In this document: one piece after another, positions 1 through 8,488 of the stretch | Layout: the number at the start of each line of letters is the position of its first letter | How positions within the stretch are numbered: position 1 is the stretch's first letter | Translations under genes and position numbers: made by a program | Assembly (NCBI GenBank): GCA_045612065.1 | Contig: JAZKYH010000022.1 | Coordinates: forward strand, 7,615 to 71,614 | Length of the DNA stretch: 64,000 bases | Origin: Bacteroidaceae bacterium | Lineage (GTDB): Bacteria; Bacteroidota; Bacteroidia; Bacteroidales; Bacteroidaceae | Direction of reading: 5' to 3' | Notes under the pieces: generated by a model | Seen by the model: only the letters and a program-made list of their open reading frames with translations | Told to the model about the DNA's origin: nothing | Database searches by the model: none

Positions 1-254
1 TGCGGGCCGCCTTGGGCAATCCCTTCACGCTACACCTCACCATCCCCCTATGGATGGGTCGCGTGGCAGCATTTATTGCCGATGTGGGAGGGAGGATATG
101 TGGGCGCACCTTCACCTTCAACAGCGACAAATTCCGCATCCTGGCCCAGCGCAACTGGCAGTGCGACATAACACCCCTCACCGAGGAGTTAGGATTCCAT
201 CCCCGATACACGCTCGAAGCAGGGATAGCGGAGACTTTAACGAGTAACAAGTAA
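1..254 (+). CDS. 3' fragment of an NAD-dependent epimerase/dehydratase-like gene (continues off the left edge)
   Basis: Open frame from the window edge to TAA at 252-254. The C-terminal ...LTEELGFHPRYTLEAGIAETL resembles the C-terminal region of SDR sugar epimerases. Family assignment is from memory only. Confidence 0.4.
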   Translation, partial: RAALGNPFTLHLTIPLWMGRVAAFIADVGGRICGRTFTFNSDKFRILAQRNWQCDITPLTEELGFHPRYTLEAGIAETLTSNK

Positions 255-349
255 CGACAACGGCCATGTGGCAAAAAATAGCACACACGGCATTTGGGTG
301 AATCAAATATTTGTGCGAACTTTGCCTATTATTCAAAAACGAAACACAA

Positions 350-943
350 ATGAACCCGATGAACAAATTTTCACGTATAGCGGTCATAGGCTACTCGCTC
401 TACTTGGTTGTAGAAATGATTATCTATCCACTCATCACAAAAGTTCCGCCTCTTTTATCTACAATTTTGAACGTAATATATATAACATCATTCATTGCTG
501 TTGCGGCATGGATAATATCGCACGACAAGAATTTGAAGAAACCGGCAACGTTCATCATCATCGCTGCTGCATTATACACCATCAATAGAATACTCACATA
601 CTACTTTCAGATGCATCACCTGATGGCAGGTGCCAAATCTTCTCTGATCACCACTGCCATTTACATCCCCGCTCTGATATTCAAGTGCAAAGGATTCTTC
701 AAACTTGCAAAGGGACTACCCCAAGGCAATATGGCAAGGTATATGGCGAAAGTTATTCCGTGGACAGAACTGGTTCCACTAATCACCTCTTTAGCTTTTA
801 CAATCATCATGTCGTTTACGACAATCCCAAGTATTGTTTTAAGAATGCCTAGCACAATCATGTTCTTGACAGAGATTCTCGCAATGGCCATATTATGCTA
901 TTACCTACCCAAAGCTATAGAACATAAAGAAGAACTGCAATAA
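350..943 (+). CDS. hypothetical multi-pass membrane protein
   Basis: ORF 311-943, with a likely ATG at 350 (MNPMNKF...). Several hydrophobic segments of ~20 aa. No family recognised. Confidence 0.5.
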   Translation: MNPMNKFSRIAVIGYSLYLVVEMIIYPLITKVPPLLSTILNVIYITSFIAVAAWIISHDKNLKKPATFIIIAAALYTINRILTYYFQMHHLMAGAKSSLITTAIYIPALIFKCKGFFKLAKGLPQGNMARYMAKVIPWTELVPLITSLAFTIIMSFTTIPSIVLRMPSTIMFLTEILAMAILCYYLPKAIEHKEELQ

Positions 944-958
944 AATACACATAGCACG

Positions 959-3808
959 ATGCAACTACACGATATTGTCAAGGAGCGCATCCTTATCTTG
1001 GATGGCGCCATGGGTACGATGATACAGCGCCTCGGACTCACTGAAGGAGACTTCCGTGGCGAGCGCTTTGCCACCTTGCCCGGACTGCAGAAGGGCAACA
1101 ACGACCTGCTCTGCCTCACACGCCCCGACGTGATTGCCGACATACACCGCCGCTACCTCAATGTGGGCGTTGACATCATCGAAACCTGCTCGTTCAATGC
1201 GCAACGCATCTCGATGGCCGACTATGGATGCGAACACCTGTGCCGCGAGATCAACCTCGCCGCCGCAGCCATCGCACGCCGCGAAGCCGATGCCCTGAGC
1301 ACACCCGACAAGCCTCGTTTCGTGGCGGGTTCGGTGGGTCCCACCAACAAGACCTGTTCCATCAGTCCCGACGTGAATGACCCCGCCCTGCGCGGCATCA
1401 CCTACGACGAACTCGTTGCAGCCTATGACGAACAGATGGAGGCCCTCATCGAGGGTGGTGTAGATGCGCTGCTCATCGAGACCATCTTCGACACGCTCAA
1501 TGCCAAGGCAGCCATCTATGCTGCCGAGCGCGTGATGGAGCGCATGGGCAAGCGCCTACCCATCATGCTCTCGGTGACCATCTCCGATGCTGCCGGGCGC
1601 ACCCTCTCGGGACAGACACTCGATGCCTTCCTTGCCTCGGTGAGCCATGCCGATATCTTCTCGGTGGGACTGAACTGCTCGTTCGGTGCCGCACAGATGA
1701 AGCCCTACCTCAAGGGCCTTGCCGCACGTGCTCCTTACTACATATCGTGCTACCCCAATGCGGGACTTCCCAATAGCCTCGGTGGCTATGACCAGACACC
1801 GGCTCAAATGGCTGTGCAGGTGAAGGAGTACATCACCGAAGGACTGGTTAACATCATCGGCGGATGCTGCGGCACCACTGACACCTACATCGCCGAGTAT
1901 GCGGCACTTGTCGAAGGATCCAAGCCTCACGTGCCTGCCACACGACCCGATGCCCTGTGGCTCTCGGGACTGGAGCTGTGCGAGGTGACTCCCGAGCGCA
2001 ACTTCATCAACGTGGGTGAGCGCTGCAACGTGGCTGGCTCGCGCAAGTTCCTCCGCCTCATCAACGAAAAGAAATATGACGAAGCACTCTCCATCGCCCG
2101 CCATCAGGTAGAGGATGGAGCCCAGTTGCTCGATATCAACATGGACGATGGCCTGCTCGACACCGAGAAGGAGATGGTACATTTCCTCAACCTCATCGCC
2201 TCGGAACCCGATATCGCCCGCGTGCCCATCATGGTGGACTCCTCAAAGTGGGAGGTCATCACCGCAGCCGTCAAGTGCATACAGGGCAAGTGCGTGGTCA
2301 ACTCCATATCACTCAAGGAGGGCGAAGAGACGTTCCTTGCTCATGCCCGCGAGATACGCCGCCTCGGTGCTGCCGTGGTGGTGATGGCCTTCGACGAAGA
2401 GGGGCAGGCCGACACCTATGAGCGCCGCATTGCCATCTGCGAGCGTGCCTATCACCTGTTGGTCGACAAGGTAGGCATGCCTCCACAGGACATCATCTTC
2501 GACCCCAACATCCTCGCCGTGGCTACAGGCATCGAGGCACACAACACCTATGCCATCGACTTCATCCGTGCCACGGAGTGGATACGTACCCACCTGCCCG
2601 GAGCCCATGTGAGTGGTGGCGTGAGCAACCTCTCCTTCGCCTTCCGCGGCAACAACTACCTGCGCGAGGCCATGCACGCCGTGTTCCTCTACCATGCCAT
2701 CAAGGCCGGTATGGACATGGGTATCGTGAATCCTGCCACCTCGGTACGCTACGATGACATCGCTCCCGAGTTGCTTGAGGCGATTGAGGATGTGATACTG
2801 GCGGCCTCCCCCAACCCCCTCCCGAAGAGGGGGCTTGCAGACTGCGCGAAGGAGACTGCTACAGAAAAACTAATTAGAATCGCTGCTAAATATTCCAACC
2901 AATCCGAGATGACTGGAAGCTCCCCTTCGGGGGGAGTTGAGGGGGCTTCCATTTCATTGGAAGACCGTCTCCAGAACGCCCTCATCAAGGGCAGTAGTGA
3001 CACGCTCGAAGCCGACCTCAAGGAGGCCCTTACCGTATACCCCTCGGCAGTAGCCATCATCGAAGGCCCCCTCATGGCAGGTATGCAGCACGTAGGCCGT
3101 CTGTTCGGTGAAGGCCGCATGTTCCTCCCCCAAGTGGTAAAGACCGCCCGCACCATGAAGCAAGCGGTAGACTTTATAGTGGAAAGTGGACAGATGAACC
3201 AAAGGTCGCTGGCCGAAGGGAAAAGCAAAGATGAAAATCCACTTTCAGATGACAACAACTACCATCTTTCATCTTTCAACTCTCAACTTCGCAAGCGCGT
3301 TCTCCTCGCCACCGTCAAGGGCGACGTGCATGATATAGGCAAGAACATCGTGAGCGTGGTGATGGGTTGCAATGGCTACGACATCATCGACATGGGTGTG
3401 ATGGTACCTGCCGAAGACATCGTGCAGAAAGCCCTCGAGTGCAAGCCGGATATCATCGGATTGAGCGGACTCATCACTCCCTCATTGGCCGAGATGGTAG
3501 CTACCGCCGAAGCCCTGCGCAAGGCAGACATCAGCGCCCCCCTGCTCATTGGAGGTGCCACCACCAGCGCCATGCACACTGCACTGAAGATTGCCCCGGC
3601 CTACGATGGCCCTGTAGTATACGTGAAAGATGCTTCGCAGAACTCTGGTGTAGCTGCAGCCCTGCTCAGCGACGACACCCGCGACGCATTCATTGCCCAA
3701 CTAAAAGAGGAGCAGGAGGCCCTGCGACAAGAGTTTGCCGCCAAGGAGCAGACTCCCCTACTCTCCCTCGACGAGGCACGAAAGAAGAAACCCAATTTCT
3801 TCGACTAA
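959..3808 (+). CDS. metH: cobalamin-dependent methionine synthase, short form without the C-terminal AdoMet reactivation domain
   Basis: 949 aa. Hcy S-methyltransferase domain with GGCCGTT, then a pterin-binding domain, then a B12 cap and Rossmann domain with [13 protein letters not shown] and GLSGLITPS. Collinear with E. coli MetH as I recall it, up to the end of the cobalamin domain. Confidence 0.95.
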   Translation: MQLHDIVKERILILDGAMGTMIQRLGLTEGDFRGERFATLPGLQKGNNDLLCLTRPDVIADIHRRYLNVGVDIIETCSFNAQRISMADYGCEHLCREINLAAAAIARREADALSTPDKPRFVAGSVGPTNKTCSISPDVNDPALRGITYDELVAAYDEQMEALIEGGVDALLIETIFDTLNAKAAIYAAERVMERMGKRLPIMLSVTISDAAGRTLSGQTLDAFLASVSHADIFSVGLNCSFGAAQMKPYLKGLAARAPYYISCYPNAGLPNSLGGYDQTPAQMAVQVKEYITEGLVNIIGGCCGTTDTYIAEYAALVEGSKPHVPATRPDALWLSGLELCEVTPERNFINVGERCNVAGSRKFLRLINEKKYDEALSIARHQVEDGAQLLDINMDDGLLDTEKEMVHFLNLIASEPDIARVPIMVDSSKWEVITAAVKCIQGKCVVNSISLKEGEETFLAHAREIRRLGAAVVVMAFDEEGQADTYERRIAICERAYHLLVDKVGMPPQDIIFDPNILAVATGIEAHNTYAIDFIRATEWIRTHLPGAHVSGGVSNLSFAFRGNNYLREAMHAVFLYHAIKAGMDMGIVNPATSVRYDDIAPELLEAIEDVILAASPNPLPKRGLADCAKETATEKLIRIAAKYSNQSEMTGSSPSGGVEGASISLEDRLQNALIKGSSDTLEADLKEALTVYPSAVAIIEGPLMAGMQHVGRLFGEGRMFLPQVVKTARTMKQAVDFIVESGQMNQRSLAEGKSKDENPLSDDNNYHLSSFNSQLRKRVLLATVKGDVHDIGKNIVSVVMGCNGYDIIDMGVMVPAEDIVQKALECKPDIIGLSGLITPSLAEMVATAEALRKADISAPLLIGGATTSAMHTALKIAPAYDGPVVYVKDASQNSGVAAALLSDDTRDAFIAQLKEEQEALRQEFAAKEQTPLLSLDEARKKKPNFFD

Positions 3809-3921
3809 TATTAGAGTGTAGTGTTTAGGGTGTAGAGTGTAAGGTGTAGGGTTTAGAGCACCTATAACCTTTAACCCACAATCCAATAACCTCTAACCCC
3901 ATAACCCACAATCTTCAATAA

Positions 3922-3951
3922 CCCGGGCGATAATGAACATTATTGCCCGGG
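3922..3951 (+). terminator. strong stem-loop downstream of metH (candidate terminator, no clear T-tract)
   Basis: CCCGGGCGATAATG aa CATTATTGCCCGGG: 14 bp arms with 1 mismatch and a 2 nt loop, 114 nt after the metH stop. Confidence 0.45.
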
Positions 3952-3985
3952 GGTTGTTATATCAGCGCCATCAATCTCCATCGAT

Positions 3986-4198
3986 ATGAAAACGAAAGCC
4001 TACCCTCACCCCACTCTGGCAGAACTGAGCGGATATATCGACATCACGCCCTACCAGCAGAAGGGGGATCCCTGCTATGGAGGCGACACGGGAGAAACGG
4101 AATATGAGAATTATGTGAAGGGAACTCCAGAGCTCTATCAAGAGAGAGACAACAGACTTATCGCCATGGAGGCACAACTCAAGCCCCTTAACCTCTAA
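3986..4198 (+). CDS. hypothetical small protein (70 aa)
   Basis: Isolated ORF between the metH hairpin and the convergent PPTase gene. No recognisable motif, so it may not be expressed. Confidence 0.3.
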   Translation: MKTKAYPHPTLAELSGYIDITPYQQKGDPCYGGDTGETEYENYVKGTPELYQERDNRLIAMEAQLKPLNL

Positions 4199-4222
4199 CG
4201 GTATAAGGCGCATACCATCACC

Positions 4223-4867
4223 TTAACCTTTCATCGCAGCCCATGTGCACACAAACTCGGGGAGCAGACGGTAATGTACCATAAGGTTCTCTTCGAGGTT
4301 GCAGATATGGGCATGCAGTGCGCCACATTCGGCCAACATATAGGGAGCGATATGGAACACCTCCTTGAACTCGGCCAGCGTGGGGGTATCGAAGAGTTTG
4401 TATAGCGCCTCCTTGGCCGACCAGTTGATGAGATGATACATCTGACGCTCAGCCTCAGCGTGTTTGTCAACATAGGCGGCCTCAGCCTCAGTGGTGAAGC
4501 GCGAGGCGATGCGCTCCACGCGCGATGAGCGGTACTCCAGATCCATGCCTATGGGCTGGGCTCGATGGTAGGCCACGGCGGCATAGCCCTTGGTGTGCGA
4601 TATGCTGATATGCACGTTGCCACCCTTGAGATAGGGACGGCCGGTAGCGTGATAGGCCACCTCACATTCGGGGCCAAACAGTTCCTTCACGAGCAAGCGC
4701 ACGGCAAGCCATTCGGCGCGGCGGGCCTCATGCGTCTTGTCAGCCAACTGCGCATCATACCGATGCGTGGCCAACAATGCATACAACTCATCCGAGGATT
4801 CCGTGATGTGCCAGATAGCTATGCCACCACCCTCGAAGGTATGATGAGCATAGTTAGGCATCGGCAA
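4223..4867 (-). CDS. 4'-phosphopantetheinyl transferase (Sfp-type)
   Basis: 214 aa. Motifs ...ISISHTKGYAAVA..., GMDLE and WSAKEALYKL are typical of the PPTase superfamily. Confidence 0.8.
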   Translation of the reverse strand: MPMPNYAHHTFEGGGIAIWHITESSDELYALLATHRYDAQLADKTHEARRAEWLAVRLLVKELFGPECEVAYHATGRPYLKGGNVHISISHTKGYAAVAYHRAQPIGMDLEYRSSRVERIASRFTTEAEAAYVDKHAEAERQMYHLINWSAKEALYKLFDTPTLAEFKEVFHIAPYMLAECGALHAHICNLEENLMVHYRLLPEFVCTWAAMKG

Positions 4868-6209
4868 CGGCAGCTTTGGGAACAGTGTTGTGCACCACCA
4901 CCTTGATCTTCACAATGCGTCGCTCGTCCATCTCCATCACCTCGAAGGTGAGGTGGTGGAAGTCGATGCTCTCGTGCAACTCAGGGAAGTCACCTTTAAG
5001 TTCGAGGAGAAGGCCTGCGAGAGAGTCGGCATCACCTTCTACTTCCTCGAAGAGTTCGTCATCGAGGTCCAATTCACGTTGGAAGTCAGAGAGCATGGTC
5101 TTGGCCTCGAAGAGATAGGTATTGCTATTGAGTTTCACATAAGCACGCTCCTCTTCGTCATACTCATCATTAATCTCACCCACAATTTCCTCGATGACAT
5201 CCTCGAGAGTAACGAGTCCAAGTGTACCACCAAACTCATCAACCACAATAGCAATATGCACCTTACTGGCTTGGAAATCGCGCAAAAGGTCATCAATCTG
5301 CTTGGTCTCGGGCACGAAGAAGGCGGGGCGGATAAGTGTCTGCCAACGGAAGCCGTCTCCCTTGTTTAGATGAGGCAAAAGGTCCTTAATATATAGAATG
5401 CCTTTAATATTGTCCACTGTGCCTGAATAGACAGGAATACGCGAATAGATATTCTCGGTCACACAAGAGAGTACTTGTTTGTAAGTGTCACGAATGTTGA
5501 TGGCCACCATATCGAGGCGCGAGGTCATCACATCCTTGGCCGTCTCGTCACCGAAGCGGATGATACCCTCCAGCAATTCCTGCTCATCGGTGAGCTCGGT
5601 CTTGTCGGTCAGTTCAAGTGCTTGTTCCAACTCATCTACCGAGAGGTTGTGACTCTGCTGTCTGTGCAGGCGGTCGACCAAACGGGTAGACTTCACCAGC
5701 AAAGAAGACAATGGGCTGAATACATAGGTCAGCACATTGATTACGGGAGCACAGATACGGCAGAACTTCAGCGGATTGAGCGAAGAGTAGAACTTGGGCA
5801 TAATCTCACCGAAGAGCAAGAGCAAGAAGGTGAGCAGCACCGTGATGAAGAGGAACTCGAGCCACACGATGCCTCCAAAGTCGAGCATCGAAAGCATGGC
5901 ATAGTTGCCCAATACGGTGATGGTGATATTGACGAAGTTATTAGAAATAAGGATAGTGGCCAATAACTTTTGTGACTTGCCCAACAATTTATTGATAATG
6001 CGGTCACTTACGGTGTCGCCCTCCTCTATCTCACTGAGGTCAGACGGAGTAAGCGAAAAGAAAGCGATCTCGGACGCCGACACAAAGCCGGAACAAAAGA
6101 GCAATAAAGAGGCCAATACCAAGGCCACAACGACACCTACCGAAGGAGCCGTAAACTGAATAGTAGAAAAGGCATCAACAATGGGATGCCATAACGAGGA
6201 AATATCCAA
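4854..6209 (-). CDS. gldE: CNNM/CorC-family membrane protein (GldE-like): DUF21 TM domain + CBS pair + CorC_HlyC
   Basis: 451 aa. N-terminal TM helices, then a CBS-pair region (IMPKF...VMTSRLDMV...) and a C-terminal transporter-associated domain. Sits next to ssb and mutY, as in the Bacteroidetes gldE loci I remember. Confidence 0.8.
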   Translation of the reverse strand: MDISSLWHPIVDAFSTIQFTAPSVGVVVALVLASLLLFCSGFVSASEIAFFSLTPSDLSEIEEGDTVSDRIINKLLGKSQKLLATILISNNFVNITITVLGNYAMLSMLDFGGIVWLEFLFITVLLTFLLLLFGEIMPKFYSSLNPLKFCRICAPVINVLTYVFSPLSSLLVKSTRLVDRLHRQQSHNLSVDELEQALELTDKTELTDEQELLEGIIRFGDETAKDVMTSRLDMVAINIRDTYKQVLSCVTENIYSRIPVYSGTVDNIKGILYIKDLLPHLNKGDGFRWQTLIRPAFFVPETKQIDDLLRDFQASKVHIAIVVDEFGGTLGLVTLEDVIEEIVGEINDEYDEEERAYVKLNSNTYLFEAKTMLSDFQRELDLDDELFEEVEGDADSLAGLLLELKGDFPELHESIDFHHLTFEVMEMDERRIVKIKVVVHNTVPKAAVADA

Positions 6210-6227
6210 AATGTGAATGTTTAGTTA

Positions 6228-6644
6228 CTAAAAAGGCATCTGGTCTTCAGGTGCCGAGGGCTGAACGGGCTGCGGCATAGGCTGAGCTGCAGATTGCTGG
6301 GCAGGTTGTTGCTGACGCGAAAGCATCTCCATATTATCCACCCAAATCTCCACTACCGTACGGCGTACACCATTCTGATCGTCATAAGAACGGCTATGTA
6401 TACTACCCTCAACATAGAGTTTGTCACCCTTGTGTACATACTTCTCTACCGTCTGCGCCAAGCCACGCCAAAAAACGAGGTTATGCCACTCAGTACGCTC
6501 AGGCACCTGAGTACCATTGGCCAATGTATATGCACGATCAGAAGTAGCAAGCGACAAACTGGCTACAGCTACGTCGCGATCAACATAACGTACATTGGGT
6601 TCACGGCCCACATTACCGATAAGAATAACTTTATTTACTGACAT
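6228..6644 (-). CDS. ssb: single-stranded DNA-binding protein
   Basis: MSVNKVILIGNVGREPNVRY... OB fold, a Q/P-rich tail, and an acidic C-terminal ...EDQMPF tip. Confidence 0.95.
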   Translation of the reverse strand: MSVNKVILIGNVGREPNVRYVDRDVAVASLSLATSDRAYTLANGTQVPERTEWHNLVFWRGLAQTVEKYVHKGDKLYVEGSIHSRSYDDQNGVRRTVVEIWVDNMEMLSRQQQPAQQSAAQPMPQPVQPSAPEDQMPF

Positions 6645-6691
6645 AATCTTATATATTTTTACATTTGAGCCTCAAAATTAGACAATAATTT

Positions 6692-7771
6692 TCATATACA
6701 CATACTATCCCGCACATTATTTTCATTCTCCAAGTAACGCTCCAGGAGTCGAGGAAGAGCATAACGATGTAATTCATCAAAAGGAACTACTACATAGCCG
6801 TCGAGACAAGGGAGTACCCCATGCACCTCAAACTTATAAAACGCTGCATGCAACACGCGATGCGAGAGCACATGTTTGATGCCATCTGTACATCCCTTAT
6901 ATGTGTATTGCGGTAACACCTCGTGCCACTGAGCAAACGCCTGGGTAGAGAAAAGCTCTTCAGCATCCATTGTGGAGGACGTCTCTATCAAAGGCAGCTC
7001 ATAGAGATTCTTCCAAATGTCATCAGCGATGCGCTTGTGCAGCAACAATGCCTCATCGTTGTATACATACAGGTAGGATAGAAAACGATTGGTCACCTTC
7101 GTCTTGTGTGACTTTATAGGGAGCATCCCTACCCTATTTGATGCTCGAGCAATGCATTTGTCGGTCAAGGGACATGAAGAGCAATCAGGATTTTTCGGAA
7201 CACACTGTAAGGCACCAAACTCCATAACTGTCTGATTATACTTGGCTGCATGGGTCGCAGGAAGCAACGTTTGAGCTATCTCTGTAATCATCTGTTTGCC
7301 ACGAGACGAATCAATGGGTTCATCTACACCAAATACCCTCGACCATACCCGACACACATTGCCATCGACCGCTGCCTTGGGTATATCAAATGCAAAAGAA
7401 GCGATAGCAGCCGCTGTATAGTCACCCACTCCACGAAGCGAACGAATAGCATCGTAGGTATCGGGGAAATCCCCCAATGCCACAATCTGCTGAGCGGCAA
7501 CATGAAGGTTACGAGCACGAGAATAATAGCCCAATCCCTGCCATAAACGCATCACCTCATCTTCGGGAGCCTCGGCCAAAGCCTCAACCGTAGGAAAGTG
7601 CTCGACAAAACGAACAAAGTAATCGTAACCCTGAGCAACACGGGTCTGCTGCAAGATAATCTCAGATACCCATATATAATAAGGATTACGCGTGGAGCGC
7701 CAAGGCAACTCACGACTGTGCGTATCGTACCAAGTGAAAAGCCGATCAACAATTTCTTCCATTCGCAACAT
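6692..7771 (-). CDS. mutY: A/G-specific adenine DNA glycosylase
   Basis: 359 aa. ELPWR...PYYIWVSEIILQQTRV HhH-GPD motif, an Fe-S cluster loop C-x6-C-x2-C-x5-C (CVPKNPDCSSCPLTDKC), and a NUDIX-like C-terminal domain. Confidence 0.93.
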   Translation of the reverse strand: MLRMEEIVDRLFTWYDTHSRELPWRSTRNPYYIWVSEIILQQTRVAQGYDYFVRFVEHFPTVEALAEAPEDEVMRLWQGLGYYSRARNLHVAAQQIVALGDFPDTYDAIRSLRGVGDYTAAAIASFAFDIPKAAVDGNVCRVWSRVFGVDEPIDSSRGKQMITEIAQTLLPATHAAKYNQTVMEFGALQCVPKNPDCSSCPLTDKCIARASNRVGMLPIKSHKTKVTNRFLSYLYVYNDEALLLHKRIADDIWKNLYELPLIETSSTMDAEELFSTQAFAQWHEVLPQYTYKGCTDGIKHVLSHRVLHAAFYKFEVHGVLPCLDGYVVVPFDELHRYALPRLLERYLENENNVRDSMCI

Positions 7772-7881
7772 TTACATCAAATACTCCGCAAAAATAGACA
7801 ATTTAGTGAGACAGAGCAAACAAAGTGAGCGATTTACAAAAAAAATACAGCAATATATTTTTTTAGCAACGAGAAAAACTC

Positions 7882-7889
7882 TATATTTG
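7882..7889 (+). promoter_or_regulatory. -7 box TATATTTG (TAnnTTTG) upstream of the HU gene
   Basis: Exact match to the Bacteroidetes primary-sigma -7 consensus, about 50 nt upstream of the ATG at 7940. Confidence 0.45.
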
Positions 7890-7939
7890 CACTCCGAAAT
7901 AAAAAGTGACATTTGTACAACCAAAAAGAATATTAAAAA

Positions 7940-8215
7940 ATGACTAAATCAGAAGTTGTTAGCGAGATCTGCAAGAAGACAGGTGTTGACAGAGCTGAGG
8001 CGCTGAAGTGCGTAGAGGCTTTCATGGAAGTGGTAAAGGAGTCGTTGATCAAGGAAGAGAATGTATACCTTCGTGGTTTCGGTAGCTTCATCTTGAAGAA
8101 GAGAGCACAGAAGACTGCTCGTAACATCTCTAAGAATACTACCATCATCGTTCCTGAGCACAACATCCCCGCATTCAAACCTGCAAAGACATTTGCTGTG
8201 GATGTAAAGAAATAA
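7940..8215 (+). CDS. hup: HU/IHF-family DNA-binding protein
   Basis: 91 aa. ...RGFGSFILKKRAQKTARNISKNTTIIVPEHNIPAFKPAK... beta-arm signature. Confidence 0.92.
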   Translation: MTKSEVVSEICKKTGVDRAEALKCVEAFMEVVKESLIKEENVYLRGFGSFILKKRAQKTARNISKNTTIIVPEHNIPAFKPAKTFAVDVKK

Positions 8216-8253
8216 GAGAAAGAATAGAGTATTAACCATAAATTTTTCCCACT

Positions 8254-8346
8254 ATGCCAAACGGAAAGAAGCATAAGCGTCATAAAATGGCGACTCACAA
8301 GCGTAAAAAAAGACTGAGAAAGAATCGTCATAAGAGCAAGAAGTAA
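8254..8346 (+). CDS. very small, highly basic protein (30 aa; not in the supplied ORF track)
   Basis: ATG at 8254 to TAA at 8344-8346 gives MPNGKKHKRHKMATHKRKKRLRKNRHKSKK. It lies 38 nt after the HU stop and is followed by a hairpin plus T-rich run. Confidence 0.55.
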   Translation: MPNGKKHKRHKMATHKRKKRLRKNRHKSKK

Positions 8347-8372
8347 GCTCTTACGCACAAAGAAAATGACAG

Positions 8373-8428
8373 GGAACAAACTTCAAGATACGCAAGACGG
8401 AATTTTGAGTTTGTTCTTTGTTGCTTTT
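8373..8428 (+). terminator. stem-loop plus T-rich tail after the small basic ORF
   Basis: GAACAAACTTCAA ... TTGAGTTTGTTC followed by TTTGTTGCTTTT. Confidence 0.5.
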
Positions 8429-8488
8429 AATGAAATGTTGTAGGAGTCGGGGGCAAGATTCCCCATCTCCTAAAAAATACCAAGAAAA

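Noticed and set aside
944-958. A cobalamin or SAM riboswitch ahead of metH.
   Set aside because: Only 15 nt separate metH from the upstream membrane-protein gene. The ~95 nt upstream of that gene show no B12-box-like sequence that I could recognise.
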